Positions 52,162-64,000 are shown, counted from the first letter of the stretch. The stretch: DNA of 64,000 nt from Epiperipatus broadwayi (GCA_028023455.1 JAQFVV010000005.1:15872001-15936000), one strand, 5' to 3'. A program made the numbers and translations. The notes: generated by a model not told the origin, from the letters alone.

Positions 52162-52772
52162 ATATATAATCAAAACTACCCCAAATCCAAAATTCAAACA
52201 GACCCGCATAAAAATAATATTAAAACACTACCAAAGGTTTCACTGCTACAAGCAGACTGCTCAAGTGTAAAGAACTACAAAAACTACACAATATATATAT
52301 ATAATATTAAACATTACCCACAAATCCATTCACTTCCCATCCACCCTTAATATTAAAAGAACTCTTAAATAAATTAATTGCTTCAGAATAATAAATTTTC
52401 AATAATAAAGATTATTATGGATTTGTGGGTAATGTTTAATATATATATATGGAGCTGATTTGCTCTCATCAGTGATGAGAGCAAATCAGCTTGAAATCAG
52501 CTGATCTGAGGGTGGTGCAAAATGAAAGAGACAGTGAATATTGACTCTGACATTTATGTAAACAAATACGCTTGTTTGGAGGTCTTGGTAAAGCTCCATC
52601 TATTGATCATTAATACAAGCGATAGCAGGTTTTACGTATATATTGTGTAGTTTTTGTAGTTCTTTACACTTGAGAAGTCTGCTTATAACAGTGAAACCTT
52701 TGGTAGTGTTTTAATATTATTTTTACACTGGTCTGGTTGAATTTTGGATTTGGGGTAGTTTTGATTATATAT
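52162..52772. mobile_element. Hammerhead repeat family E with nested inverted repeats
   Basis: Outer arms 52162-52296 / 52637-52772, inner arms 52290-52329 / 52417-52450, a 19 bp perfect hairpin 52453-52491, and a hammerhead-like motif at 52466-52512. Confidence 0.85.
52466..52512 (+). ncRNA. Hammerhead motif with C3 replaced at a fold-back junction (family E)
   Basis: TCATCA GTGATGA GAGC aaatca GCTT GAAA TCAGCTGA TC TGAGGG. Stem III ATCAGCTGAT is a perfect palindrome. Confidence 0.6.
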
Positions 52773-52806
52773 TGACTAGTTTAGCTTTATGCTTGTAATG
52801 TTTATA

Positions 52807-52840
<34 letters not shown>

Positions 52841-53100
52841 TGACTAGTTTAGCTTTATGCTTGTAATGTTTATATATATATATATATATATTGTACAGTA
52901 TTTTGTTATATATAATTTTAATTATTTACAATATACCAAAATGCATTATTTTAATACAGAATTGCTTTTAATTTTATAAAAAAAAATCTGCTTTTTAATA
53001 TTAGTTTATAAAAGAAATCAACCAAATAATAATATGTACGTTTTTTCATGCAATATATATATAATAAATAAAAATATCCGTTAATTAAAAACAATATTGT

Positions 53101-53880
53101 AATTATAATTGAAATAATATTTTTAACGGTTTATAAACAATTATAAACAATCTTATAATCTGCAGAAGTACTTTCGGTTACTTTCTAACCTGCCTCAACT
53201 GCCATTAAATTCAAAAACCAAAAAAAAAAAAATTATGATAATTTAAAAGAAATGAAGATTAATAATAAAAAATGGATATCTATACCATTTATTTCAAATC
53301 CACAAGTAAAAATTTTTTAAGGATTTATATAAGAATGTGTTTAATGTTTTATTCTACGTTCCAAACAATATTAATAAATTAGTCAATAATTCTAAGGATG
53401 TCATACATGTCAAGCAAAAAAGTAATGTCATATATCAAATTTTTTGTGATTGTATGCTATCATATCTAGGTGCAGTATTGAGAAAAGATTGAAGGAACAT
53501 GAATTATTATATAAGCATGTAAAAAATAAAAATAATGGTGATTTAATATCTTCTTCAGTTTTCTTTGATCACGAAAAAACATGTAAATATAAATTTACAT
53601 TTAATTTTGAAAATGTGAAAATTCTTCATGAAGAGAGAAACCATAGTAAAAGAAAAATTAAAGAGGCAATTTTTATAAACAGGAATAAAATGCATTTAAT
53701 AAATTGACAAGCTTCTAACATTAAAATACGAGATTCATGGAATTTGAATTGATGACGTTTGCTTCCGCTTTTGGTTTTTGAATTTAATGGCAGTTGAGGC
53801 AGGTTAGAAAATAACCGAAAGTATTTCTGCGGATTATAATTGTTTATAAACCATTAAAAATATTATTTCAATTATAATTT
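53101..53880 (+). mobile_element. 5'-truncated Penelope-like element: GIY-YIG endonuclease remnant between inverted pseudo-LTRs
   Basis: One frame reads KDVIHVKQKSNVIYQIFCDCMLSYLG. After a frameshift: SIEKRLKEH...FDHEK...FNFENVKILHEERNHSKRKIKEAIFI. 53101-53222 is the inverse of 53771-53880. Confidence 0.85.
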
Positions 53881-55639
53881 TATATATATATGTTCATGCA
53901 CTCATGTGGATGAATTTGATCAATTGAAATAAATATCATATTTTTATATTTCATTGTTTTCATTATTTTATGTAGAATATGTTTAGAATATTAAACATTT
54001 TAATTTTATTTAATGCTTTCAAATTCTGACATTTTTTACTGTCACACCTGGTGGAAGTTTTTGAAAATGCTCAACATTTCATTTCTATATAAAATTTTTA
54101 TTCTATATTAAAAACTCAATTTATAAATGAATAGTATTCTAAAAAAATCATATTTAATTTTTATAAATATTTAAAAACTTAGTTGTAAATAAGAAAAAAA
54201 GATATAAACATCACCAAACACTCTTTCAGAAAATGAATGAATTCTTTTTATATTGTTTTTTTTTTTAAATATACATGAATGAATGTGAATACATGATAAA
54301 TCTATCAAATTCTGCTTTAAAATCTGATATTTATTTAGTAATTATTAAAATATTTGAAAAAAATTTCAACAGAGTATCAATTGTGAAATTGATGTTATGC
54401 AACAAATTTCGCATTGAGCAAGGTCAGAAGGAAAAAACAACTTTAAAATAAAACTTTCCTTTAAGAACAAAGGAGTAAAGATGATTGATGTTTGTCAGCT
54501 ATCTGTAAGATATTGACTTCTTCAGATTTTTTCAAATAAAAAAAAATCAATAAAGGCAGTATGGGAGAATCTACATTATTTTAAAAATCCTACATTAATA
54601 CAAGTTAAGATAACAGTAAAACAGTGATCGAAAACAGTAAAACTACTATGCTTTTTCTGAAACACCTAATGATTCTCAATGAATATGAGAGTTACCAAAT
54701 TAAATGTACAATTTATGAATAAATTACAAATTAATAGCTTTTAAAATGATTAAACTTTATTTTTTTACTTTTATTTAGTGCTCATTATTATACATTTTTT
54801 AGCTTCATTGTATTTTATGGTATATTAACTTCATGAAGCAATTAATGTTTTATTTTTTGCTGCAATATTATGTTATTGTAACAATTTCATCTTCAACATA
54901 TGCATAAAAAATATAGTGTTATTAGAAATCAACTAGTTAAAGGTTAATATATCTGTGTTTTATTAAACACAACCTCATAGTAAAATTACAACTCCACCAC
55001 TTTTTTCCATGTCTATTATTTTTAGATCTACTTTAACCTTTTATTCTATCATAAATTCTTAAAATATATGAAGACACACAAAAAAGGTAAATAATTCCAA
55101 TATGCATTTCTTGTTGATCCAGCACTGGCTGACTGAAGAATCATTGTTCATCCAGAAAACATCTTGGAAGATGCTTATCTTTTCAGATGTCTTTATGCAT
55201 ATGATTTAAGAATGTATGGTGGCATAGAAATTTTAAATATCTCTAAAAGAAATTCATCTATTGCCCTGATAAAATATCTATTTCAGAAAGGGAAGTTTAT
55301 TAATGATAATATGAGAAGTTTAAGAATTTCTTATCCTATCAAGGCAGTTCAACTTTCCATATAAATATTCAAAAAATATAAACTAAATATCTTCTGAAAC
55401 AAACATTCAAAAACTGATTTTACATTATATTATGTGGAGTGACATTGGATAACTTGACTGCTAAAGGGAATAAACATTTAAGAGAAGGAGATTTGGCAAA
55501 CTATCTGAAACAACTTCCCTTAAATAGGAACGTTCACCTTCTAAATATCATAATCTTATGTGAAATTTCATTAAACATGCATTATTACTTATAGTTTCAA
55601 AATCAATTTTTTAATAAAGTGATACTAAACATCCTTCTA

Positions 55640-56760
55640 ATGATCACCTTTTTAAAGTCATACTATCCAGATAATCAATCTGATGACCATTTTCTCCTCT
55701 GCATTATCATAAACATAACAATACCAAGTATTCAATCTGATTTTCTCACCATCATGGTAATAAGTAGAAAGATACAAAAAAAACCAATCTGATGAGGAAA
55801 CGCAAATCAGAAAAATCTAATTACAGTAATATCGGAATCCAATGTGGTGACTGTTTGCTCACCAGATTTATAACAAACACAACATTACCAGACATCCAAT
55901 CATATGGTTATTCTCACACCATCATAACAATTAACATAATAATATCAGGGACAAATATGACAACCATTTGCTCGACTTTCACCAATACACACAATAATGC
56001 CAAGCATACAATCTAAAACTAGTAACTTTTTCCACACAATACTGTGTACATGCTATAATAATTAATAAATACTAGAAGTTTATATATTTAATCCCTATCT
56101 AGTGTCTTCTCATCCAATATCCCTAGATTATAATTTAGCTTATAGCTTTCATCAGTGATGAGCCTTGGATCTGAGAACAATGTTCCTAGATGTTTGGATC
56201 AAATACCCACCTCCATGCTATATATCTATGAGTCCCAAATTGAAAACGAATATTTTCAATCCAAGCTAATTTACATGTATATTCATATAGATCTGAATCA
56301 GGTTCAGTATTTATATATTTTGGTGTGTTAGGGTTTTTAATAGGCACTGATAAAAATCATAGGCTAGAAACTAGCCTGGGAATATATTAGGCACTTGATA
56401 GGAATTAAAAGGCACAAACTTCTAACAACTATAGATTAATCTAAATTTGCATTGGATGGCACTATTGTGTGGAAAAGATTACTATTGTTTTAATAATTTA
56501 TGTAACCATCAGAAAAGGTGATCACATGATGTTTAATGGCAATACCAAGATATAAATATGATTGCCATTTGCTCATTATTGTGATTGCAAATATGATAAT
56601 ACCAAACATTCAATCTGATAGGTGTTTACTCACCAGCTTTAATATAAAGTCAATGTTGCAAAATTACCAATCAAATAAACATTTTCTTATCACCATGACT
56701 TTATTTGCAATGAGATCAGACAGAATCACTTTCTAATCATCCGCATCATATTTGTTTAAA
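55640..56760 (+). repeat. Degenerate ~57-66 bp tandem array interrupted by an inverted family B insertion (56010-56535)
   Basis: Recurrent caatctgat / IPxxQSD motif in three frames. B homology at 56098-56215 (minus) and 56430-56535 (plus). Confidence 0.55.
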
Positions 56761-58139
56761 AGCACAATGGTATGAGCTACACATCTTGCTAATTATTACG
56801 GGATAATCAGATATTGCTATGAGAAAATTACCAGAATACTGAAATACAGTGCTTACATATCCTATATTTTCTCATTAATTATTGGAAAATAATTTGTCAT
56901 AAAAAAATATAGACAAATCTGTAAAATAGATTAATGCATCTGAAATTAGACCTAAGTTTTTGAAGAGATTCCAGCTCCAATCATCATGTGTCATAACATT
57001 TTTACATGAAAAAATGACAAATTGCTCTTCAGAATGCATGCATTTTAGGAAAAATTTATTGATCAGCTGTTTAGGACCACTACTAAATTATACACACATA
57101 TGATAGCTTCTGACTTATACAATTAGTATAATGATGACTGATTTGGCTTTCAATTCTTCCTTGACTAACATATAGACATGTTGATATAGGCTACTTTATA
57201 GTAAGTGACCATAGCATTACATATTTGTACTTTGATACCAAGTTAATCATTATCATTATAGTATTACTATAAGTTGGGCAGTTGCTGTATTTGCATGAAT
57301 TGTTGTTAATCAAAGGCAACAGATTTATTACTACAATGAATGCTTACTATTAGGATAATTTGCCATTTTTTCATTGGTATAACTTTAATTTTTTATATAT
57401 TTTATATATATAATATTTTAAAATATAAAAAAACACAAAAAAATAATATAAATTTTATTATTATATTATATATTTATATTTTTTTTAAAAAAAAAAGAAC
57501 AAAAAAAAAAAATAAATTTAAAAAAAAAAAAAAAAAAAAAATTTTCTGTGTTTTAAAATATAATATTTATCAAAACACCTTTGTATAAAATAAAATATAA
57601 TATAATAATCAAATTTTTTATATTTTTTTATAAAAAAAATATCACAACATCCTTCTTTTTTTAAAAAAATATTAACTTTTTTAAAAACACCACGACAGAC
57701 ACAGTCAACACACCAAAAAAAAAAAATATAAAGAGGGCCCAAAAAAAATTTTTTCCAGGGCGCAAACCCCCCCCCCCGGCGCTGGGTTTAACAACCATAT
57801 ATGTATTATGCACAATGATGAAGTTAACATTCAAAAATGTATTTAAAAAAATACCGAGTAGACAAAGCTTGCAATTACCTTAAATCAGGATTTCTTTTCT
57901 CTAAGCTTAAATAAATGACTCTTTCAAACAACAAAAAATTATGACCAAAAGATGGGCTTAGAATCACTCCTCAAGCAAATGACTTTTTCAAATTCCATCA
58001 ATAAAGTTAAGTATTGATTTTTGCAGATATTATCAGATTACAACAATAAAATAAGTTACTAAACATCAGGTGACCATTATTTCTTATGCTTACACAAGCT
58101 GTTGATGTGATGTGATGTATTTGGCTTCTCCTTAAATGA

Positions 58140-59093
58140 AGTCAAGAATATCTCAACAACTATGCCCAGATAAACCTGTTAGCCACTTTATTTTCCATTC
58201 CCCACTCTAAGTCTTCCCATATTCTGCCCCATCCCATTTCTACAACATAATCTTTGTCAACTCCATGGCCTTTAAATCTAAATCCCCCTTATCTTTTCGC
58301 AAACCCAGCATAAAAACTAATAACTCACTTTCTGTATAGTCACTTTGTTCATACCTATTCTACCATAACTTCATTATCTGTACCCTTTCTGCTTTCAAGC
58401 ATTTACATTCAATCAACAGATGCCTAATATTTCTATACCTTCCTTACACAATTTGCACACTAAATCACCCATAGTTTTCCATTTACATGTATATTCTCTT
58501 GTTGCTAAAGATCCCGTTCAAGCCTTAAACAATAAACTACTTTCCTTACTATTATCATAAATTAACTCACTTCCAATATTCCGTTTACTTCTATATATAT
58601 TTAAACTCTTCTTACCCTCCATACTACTTCTCCATCTCTCCAACTCCCTATTTTTTATTAATCCTTTTATTCTTTTATCCCATTCCTTTCCACTATAACA
58701 CTCAACAATCCTCCTAACACAATCATCCCACCTTTTATACAAGTATACTGATATAAATTCTTTATCCAAATCTTTTGCATACCGCATTACCTTTCTCACC
58801 CATCTTGTTACCTGCCCTTTACTTATAACCCAATTAAACACTATTTTGGCTATTATTTTACTATCCACAAACTGCAACCTACCAAACATTTTCATTTTAC
58901 TTTTTGCATCTCTCATATAGAAACTTGACCATCCCATTTCTCCTTGAATTGCCTCCTTTGCTGTCCACATCTCTGCATCTAATGCATGTCTTCCTACTTC
59001 CCTTTGTATTTTCTCTAAATAATCTAAAATCCTTTTACTAACACATAAAGCATCATTACCATGTGTTAAAACAGAGATATACAGTAGTGCCAT
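58140..59093 (-). mobile_element. 5'-truncated non-LTR retrotransposon C-terminal region (RTE-X-like; clade uncertain)
   Basis: ORF 58518..59093 QREVGRHAL...AIQGEMGWSSF...KKSLNIYR...IYDNSKESSLLFKA continues after a stop as TGSL...VCKLCKEG (Cys motif). Confidence 0.75.
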
Positions 59094-59420
59094 CCAGTAG
59101 AAGCCAGAGTAATCAATGGATGCAAGAAGGTTTGTGCTTAAAATCCCTACCTAGTGCCTATTCATCCTATATCCCCAAACTAATTTGTAGCTTGTGGCTT
59201 TCAAGTAAAAGGTGGTTGCTGGAGAGTTGCATTAGATCCTAAGACCTAGGTGCAGTGCTCTCAGATCCTAGACTCCTGATTGATGAAAGCCACAAGCTAG
59301 AAACAAATCTGGAGATGTTAGATAAGTATGGAATTTTATGCACAAATCTTCTTGCATCCATTCATTATTTTGGCTTGTACTGAGTAGCACTATAGTATGG
59401 AGAGTTTTGCTTCTGTTTTA
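59082..59420. mobile_element. Family B fold-back with hammerhead motif at 59274-59315
   Basis: 59082-59213 is the inverse of 59283-59400. Motif: TCCTGA TTGATGA AAGC cacaa GCTA GAAA caaa TC TGGAGA. Confidence 0.85.
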
Positions 59421-60037
59421 TTCAAATAAGTTCAGAATCATTCTCACTCTTTCTACTTAACAGCAATGAAAAAAAACAGGTTTTCATTTACCCAGCTATA
59501 GTCAAATACAAAACATAAATAGAATGACCTACTTTAATTATGAATGACAAAATTGAATAATTTAGTGGGGGAAAAAAGCAACTTTCTGATTTTAATTTCT
59601 TCAAATCACTTTGTTAACGCTGTAAATATATGTGCCTCATAAAAAATTATTCTCTAAATAAAAAAATGATGAACTGACAACGAATTTGAAGCTGATCTCT
59701 TTTTAGCATTAAATAATGTCCAGTAAAATTGTAAAAGAATATATATTTTACTAATAATTGATCTGAAGCTACCCGGGTTTGAATTTAACTTGGACTTCTC
59801 ATCAAAAATTTGTCATTTTATAAATAAATAAAGTCCAGTAAAATTACGGGAGTGTGTTAGTAATTGTTTTTCATGTCTAATACCTAGGATGAAAGAAAGA
59901 AAAACCCAAGAAAGAAAACCACCTAAAATTTCTTCACTACAAAGCAATTGGTAAATCTTCTAAGCGCTATCTTCTCCTTCACTTTCTCCCCATAAGATGC
60001 ATGGGGATAGGATTTTGTACCACAATGTGTTGCCTTA

Positions 60038-60100
60038 TGTGGTTTAGCAAGATGGTAGAATGACCTCTGAAGTCCAAAGACCATGGATAACGGTCAGCTC
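60038..60100 (+). mobile_element. SINE-like family S3, degenerate
   Basis: tgtggtttagcaagatggtagaatgacctctgaagtccaaagaccatgg. Confidence 0.4.
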
Positions 60101-62348
60101 ACTTCCGGTTCCGAGTAGTAAACCATTCGATTATTTTTTATTGCAAGGAGTTGTTTAAAAAACTGTTTTTCATTCCCCATATATAAAAACAAAATTGAGG
60201 TGCAATTGATCATTTAAGCTCCCAGTTAACTTTTTAACTACCGATAGCTATTTTTTTAATTGAACTAATGGGACCGCTTTTTAAAAATAGATTACGGAGT
60301 TTAAATTTCATCACTACTAAAAATAATTAATGTAATATTTTCTCAACTGAGAATAAACCTTTCTGTATCTCTGAATTACAAATCATCATTTCAATTCTCC
60401 GGAGACAAATTGTGATGGGTTTTTCAAAACAACAAGTCTTAATGAGATAATTAAAAATATTGAATATTAAAGCTACAAGAAGCACTTAAAGAATCAAAGG
60501 ACTAAAGCTGGGGCATTTTATCAATCAGGAAATTAAAAGTTGAAAAGATATTCGATTGACCTTTTCATTTTTTAAGTGTTATCTATTTGGGGGGATTTGA
60601 ATCAGGTGGTTCATTAGACGATGACTTTCATTTATATTTTAAAACACAATATGTATTAATTTGATCTGAAGCTAGCATTAATACTTTAAAATTATAACCT
60701 GACATTTACAGCGAATGGATTTATCCTGATTACAGTTAGAAGTTTATAGCAGGATATAAAAATAATGGTTTATCACGGGGACCGTACACTAAGAAAAACT
60801 GAGATTTTAATTTAAAAGTTTTACTCATAACAGAAGCGGTAAAAAGTTCCCCTCTATATAAAAAGAAAGTAGCCAGATATTTTGGCAAAATGGTATTTGG
60901 AAGCAAAAAAGACGCTGATAGAATACATGATAGCAAAAAAAAAGAAGGAACACTAAGAATATTATTAAAAAAGAGAAGATGAGCGAAAAAAATCATAAAA
61001 AACATCCAGAATACTACTAATAAGAAAGAAAGTATGACACTACTATTAAGATGATCATCTTAATAGCTAATAAATATAACATAGCAATGTTGATGAGCAA
61101 AAAAAAAAAAAAATCTTTTTTTTCAGCCTCATCCTTCTTTTTTATTATCATCATATTGTTAATTTTAGCTGAAATTATTATTCTTATCTTACTCTTTTTT
61201 ACATTGTTTTTCATCTCTTTATTTTAAATATTAGTTGTTTCTTATCTCAGTCAATTTGTAATTCATGCACTGAAATTATGCATTGGTCAGATGCATAACT
61301 CAGAGTTGGTACAATCACATGCGAATTACAGTGTACATTATGCCATTGAATAACTTTAAAAGACTAATGTAAGTCTAAATACAATTCCAAATATTGAGAA
61401 GCTGTAAGAATGAGTACAAACTATTATCAATAATAACTATATTTTATCTATTGGTCATATATACGATTGTTTGGTTGCATCAAATAAACACATTTAAGAT
61501 ACTGGTTCAAACCTATTTGTTTTCAGTGCTGTTTAAAAATTAAAATTGTGTATTTATTAGTCTATTTTCCAAACAGGTTATGTTTGTCTGTTTAACGAAA
61601 TTTATTTAAACTTTTTTGAATTATAAATTCCAATCTCTTTTCATCAAGTGTCAATCTTTAATGTTTATACAAATATATTTGATGATAGATAAATATGGGT
61701 ACTCATCTTTATCACAATAAAAAAGGTTGTCTGGATAATAAACAGAATGAGTTTCTTGGTATTGTTTGGTATTGCTTAGGTATGGACTGCTTTCATATAT
61801 TTAAATTTTTATAAAAAAAAAAAAAATTCTTTTGCTGCACTATCTAGCTTCAATTGAAATTTTTGAAATACAAAATTTTTTTTTTATTTAAAGTTAATAT
61901 TTAACATTTTATAATACAATGAAATATAAAATATTTACAAATATCTGATAAAGGCTTCACATTCAGCTAAAACAGAAAGGAAAACAAACAAACAAACAAA
62001 TTGCTTAAAAAATAAAAGAATTAAAATTTAGCAATAAAGAAATAGTGAAGATATTTAACAAAAAATCATTTTTGGTTTTGAGTGTTTTTAAACAATGACT
62101 TTAAATGCAATATTTGAATTGATTTATTATCTGCATGTCCTTGCATTAGAGATATTTCTTAAATATATTTTTAATGATTTTTAATTTTTTTTGACAATGA
62201 GTATGATTTAGCAATTTAATCTTTCTTATATATATCATGCGATGCATCACGGTGGTACTACTTTGCTGCCCAAAGCACATTAAGGTGCTCTATTATCATT
62301 ACAATTAGGTGAAACAGATTTACTCATGTCAAATGTAACATATTTTAG

Positions 62349-62410
62349 GTAGTTTTCAAAAACTCTGTAAACACTATAATTGGATATAATGTTCAAAAGA
62401 AGCTAAAAAG
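62349..62410 (+). other. Candidate 62 bp exon
   Basis: ttttag acceptor and a strong AAG/gtaagt donor. Only phase 0 is open (VVFKNSVNTIIGYNVQKKLK). No homology recognised. Confidence 0.25.
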
Positions 62411-62433
62411 GTAAGTATTCTCTTTAAATATTA

Positions 62434-62680
62434 ATATTTACTAAGGCTGTAAACCACAAAAATATGCGCGTGAAAATGCGAAGATAGGGACCTCTACAGG
62501 TCTTAACCACAAGCTTCACGCTCTCAGATCTAACCGCTTCAGCTTCACCTATTCATATAGAAAGTAGGTTGAAGTAAAGAAGGGTTCCCCTCTTTTCTTC
62601 CAAAGCATAAGCTTGTGTTTAAGACCCGTAGAGGTCCCTACCTTTGCATTTTCATGCGCATATTCTTACTTAGTAAATAT
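62434..62680. mobile_element. MITE-like element with ~80 bp imperfect terminal inverted repeats
   Basis: atatttactaag...gggacctctacaggtcttaaccacaagctt / aagcttgtgtttaagacccgtagaggtccc...cttagtaaatat. Confidence 0.85.
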
Positions 62681-63333
62681 TACATACGTAATCAACGTGT
62701 TTAAATAAATTTATAATTTAAATATTAATGGATATTTTATTTAATAAATAAATAGTATGCATATTTTAAATTCAAATTGTTTTTATATAAAATTAGACAT
62801 GGGAAACATGCAATAATAATATTATATTTATTCAGATATATGTTTTTAGTAACCACGTTGTGATAATATTTATAACTTTTTATGATTTATATTTTTATTA
62901 TTTCGGAAAATATAAGTAAATATAAAAGTTCGAATAAAACATTTATAGCTTTCTACAAGCACACACAAACAGATTATTTTATTGAAAAGCTATATATGTT
63001 AAAAACATTTTTAAAACAGAAAAAAAAAAAAAAGAACACATACTGCTGTGATTAAAACAACATAAAATAACATTTGTATATACTTGGACAAGTTAATGCA
63101 GGAAACTAGCAGTAAATTCTGATTAACCCTTCCATGTTTTAACATTATGCTAAATTATGAATCAATAAATTGTACTTGATTTCTTAGAAATATAAGCATA
63201 CAAATGAATAAGCTAAAAAAACGTCATATCTGAACTTTGCATGTGCATAAAAAAGGTAAAATATATAGTGAGAACAACAACTTTATTGAATGATTATTGC
63301 AACATTTTTGAAACCCAAACAAATGATTATTAA

Positions 63334-63896
63334 CAATGAGGATTGCCAATCCTCATTGTTTCTCATTGTTTATAACTTACAAGCTCAAGAGAATAGGATC
63401 ATGTGATCTATGACTCTTATTTTGACTATTTATAGTCTCGGCCTTAAGTCTTATGTAATGTTATATTGCTAAGACTACTAATATATGGTATGGCTGAAGA
63501 TCTATCAGCCCCATATAGCTACTTGCATTGGATAGCTGGGTTTGAAGACATGTAGGTGTCTGAAAATTTCAGATTTTCCACTCAATAGATAACTTTTAGA
63601 TAAATGCTGGCTTTGGGTTGGTATTTTTAGATCTAGGGTCTGAACCTACCATGGGACCTCTCTGAGGAGTGCGAAATCATGAAACCATGGTCAGGGGTTT
63701 GGGGGGTTCCTGACAGAGATACTTTAAGTGCTTTCTCTGGCTAAGCATTTACCACAAAGCTTGTTGAGTAATTGGCAATCCTCATTGTTTATAACTTACA
63801 AGCTTAAGAGAATAGGATCATGTGATCAATCCTCATTGTTTATAACTTACAAGCTTAAGAGAATAGGATCATGTGATCTTTGACTCTTATTTTGAC
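63334..63896 (+). mobile_element. Non-coding hammerhead element G (retrozyme / Penelope pseudo-LTR-like) with 14 bp TSD
   Basis: caaatgatt(a/g)ttaa at 63320-63333 and 63897-63910. Terminal direct repeat with a 429 bp period (63347 / 63776), a 14 bp inverted 5' piece and a 51 bp internal duplication. Confidence 0.8.
63655..63699 (+). ncRNA. Type I hammerhead ribozyme with full stems I and III and a 1 bp stem II
   Basis: GACCTCT CTGAGGA GTGC GAAA TCATG aaac CATGG TC AGGGGTT. All core nucleotides present; GUC cleavage predicted after 63692. Confidence 0.75.
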
Positions 63897-64000
63897 CAAA
63901 TGATTGTTAAGTTATCATAAAGGTATGATATTCTATTTTAAAATTTTAAATTACATTTATAATTATTACGATAGAATGACAGCCTGTTAAGCTAATTGCG

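Noticed and set aside
55785-55815. CTGATGA-G-GAAA as a hammerhead
   Set aside because: No stem II pair and no stem I/III arrangement; the motif is part of the local caatctgat repeat.
63535-63575. Second hammerhead in element G (TTGAAGACATGTAGGTGTCTGAAA)
   Set aside because: The AGACA/TGTCT stem uses up the core G8/A9 positions and stem I does not pair; at best a relic.

Overview
Very AT-rich, repeat-dense eukaryotic (probably invertebrate) DNA. I see no prokaryote-type operons, rRNA or CRISPR array. Most ORF-track entries are artefacts of microsatellites, hairpins and AT-richness. Supported content: (1) decayed retroelements: CR1/jockey-like, L1/Tx1-like, RTE and RTE-X-like RT fragments, a Gag-only LTR element with LTR, PPT and PBS, and a Penelope-like GIY-YIG fragment; (2) DNA transposon relics: Tc1-like, hAT/Buster-like and two hairpin MITEs; (3) three tRNA-derived SINE families, one with clear TSDs and a near-intact tRNA-Gly(TCC) copy; (4) one convincing host exon (31482-31667, minus strand) of an unidentified gene. 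The main observation is an unusually dense set of small repeats carrying type I hammerhead-ribozyme motifs. There are at least five sequence families and about a dozen motifs, several with a complete catalytic core and compensatory stem changes. They occur as partial head-to-tail tandems and fold-back inversions whose breakpoints often fall at or in the ribozyme. This fits non-autonomous Penelope/retrozyme-type RNA elements. All folds were read by eye, and no database search or folding program was run.
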